Source: Octopus bimaculoides
Lineage: Eukaryota
Length of the DNA: 64,000 nucleotides
Assembly: GCF_001194135.2 (NCBI RefSeq)
Contig: NC_068998.1
Span: 22,545,069 to 22,609,068, forward strand
Direction: 5' to 3'
Shown here: positions 63,933 through 64,000 of the stretch, one piece after another
Position numbering within the stretch: the stretch's first letter is position 1
How the letters are laid out: each line of letters starts with the position of its first letter
The notes under the pieces: generated by a model
Database searches by the model: none
What the model was told of the DNA's origin: nothing
What the model saw: the letters and a program-made list of their open reading frames with translations, nothing else
Translations under genes and position numbers: made by a program

Positions 63933-64000
<68 letters not shown>

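Overview
AT-rich eukaryotic scaffold with about 3.3 kb of N gaps and no host protein-coding gene I can support. The SINE families and the dense di-, tri- and tetranucleotide microsatellites suggest a coleoid cephalopod, probably Octopus (inference). The window is intergenic or intronic and holds decayed transposable elements: seven Dong/R4-like RLE LINE fragments, four or five Penelope-like (PLE) fragments including Neptune-type and GIY-YIG remnants, L1/Tx1 and CR1 remnants, one near-full-length dead mariner, many tRNA-derived SINE pieces and a probable helentron-associated element. The long ORFs in the track are N-run, microsatellite or TE artefacts. Observations most worth following up: (1) a structurally complete minimal type-I hammerhead ribozyme with a variant CCGACGA core at 55068-55113 (-), part of a short module family with damaged copies at ~36165 and ~61460; (2) a 446-bp foldback at 54411-54856 with indel-free 190-bp arms differing at 16 sites, 14 of them transversions, lying ~210 bp from that ribozyme; (3) a ~550-bp noncoding family ending in Dong-type (AAT)n tails; (4) a perfect 14-bp x ~16 minisatellite. 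All alignments and translations were done by eye, and element boundaries are approximate unless exact motif coordinates are given.
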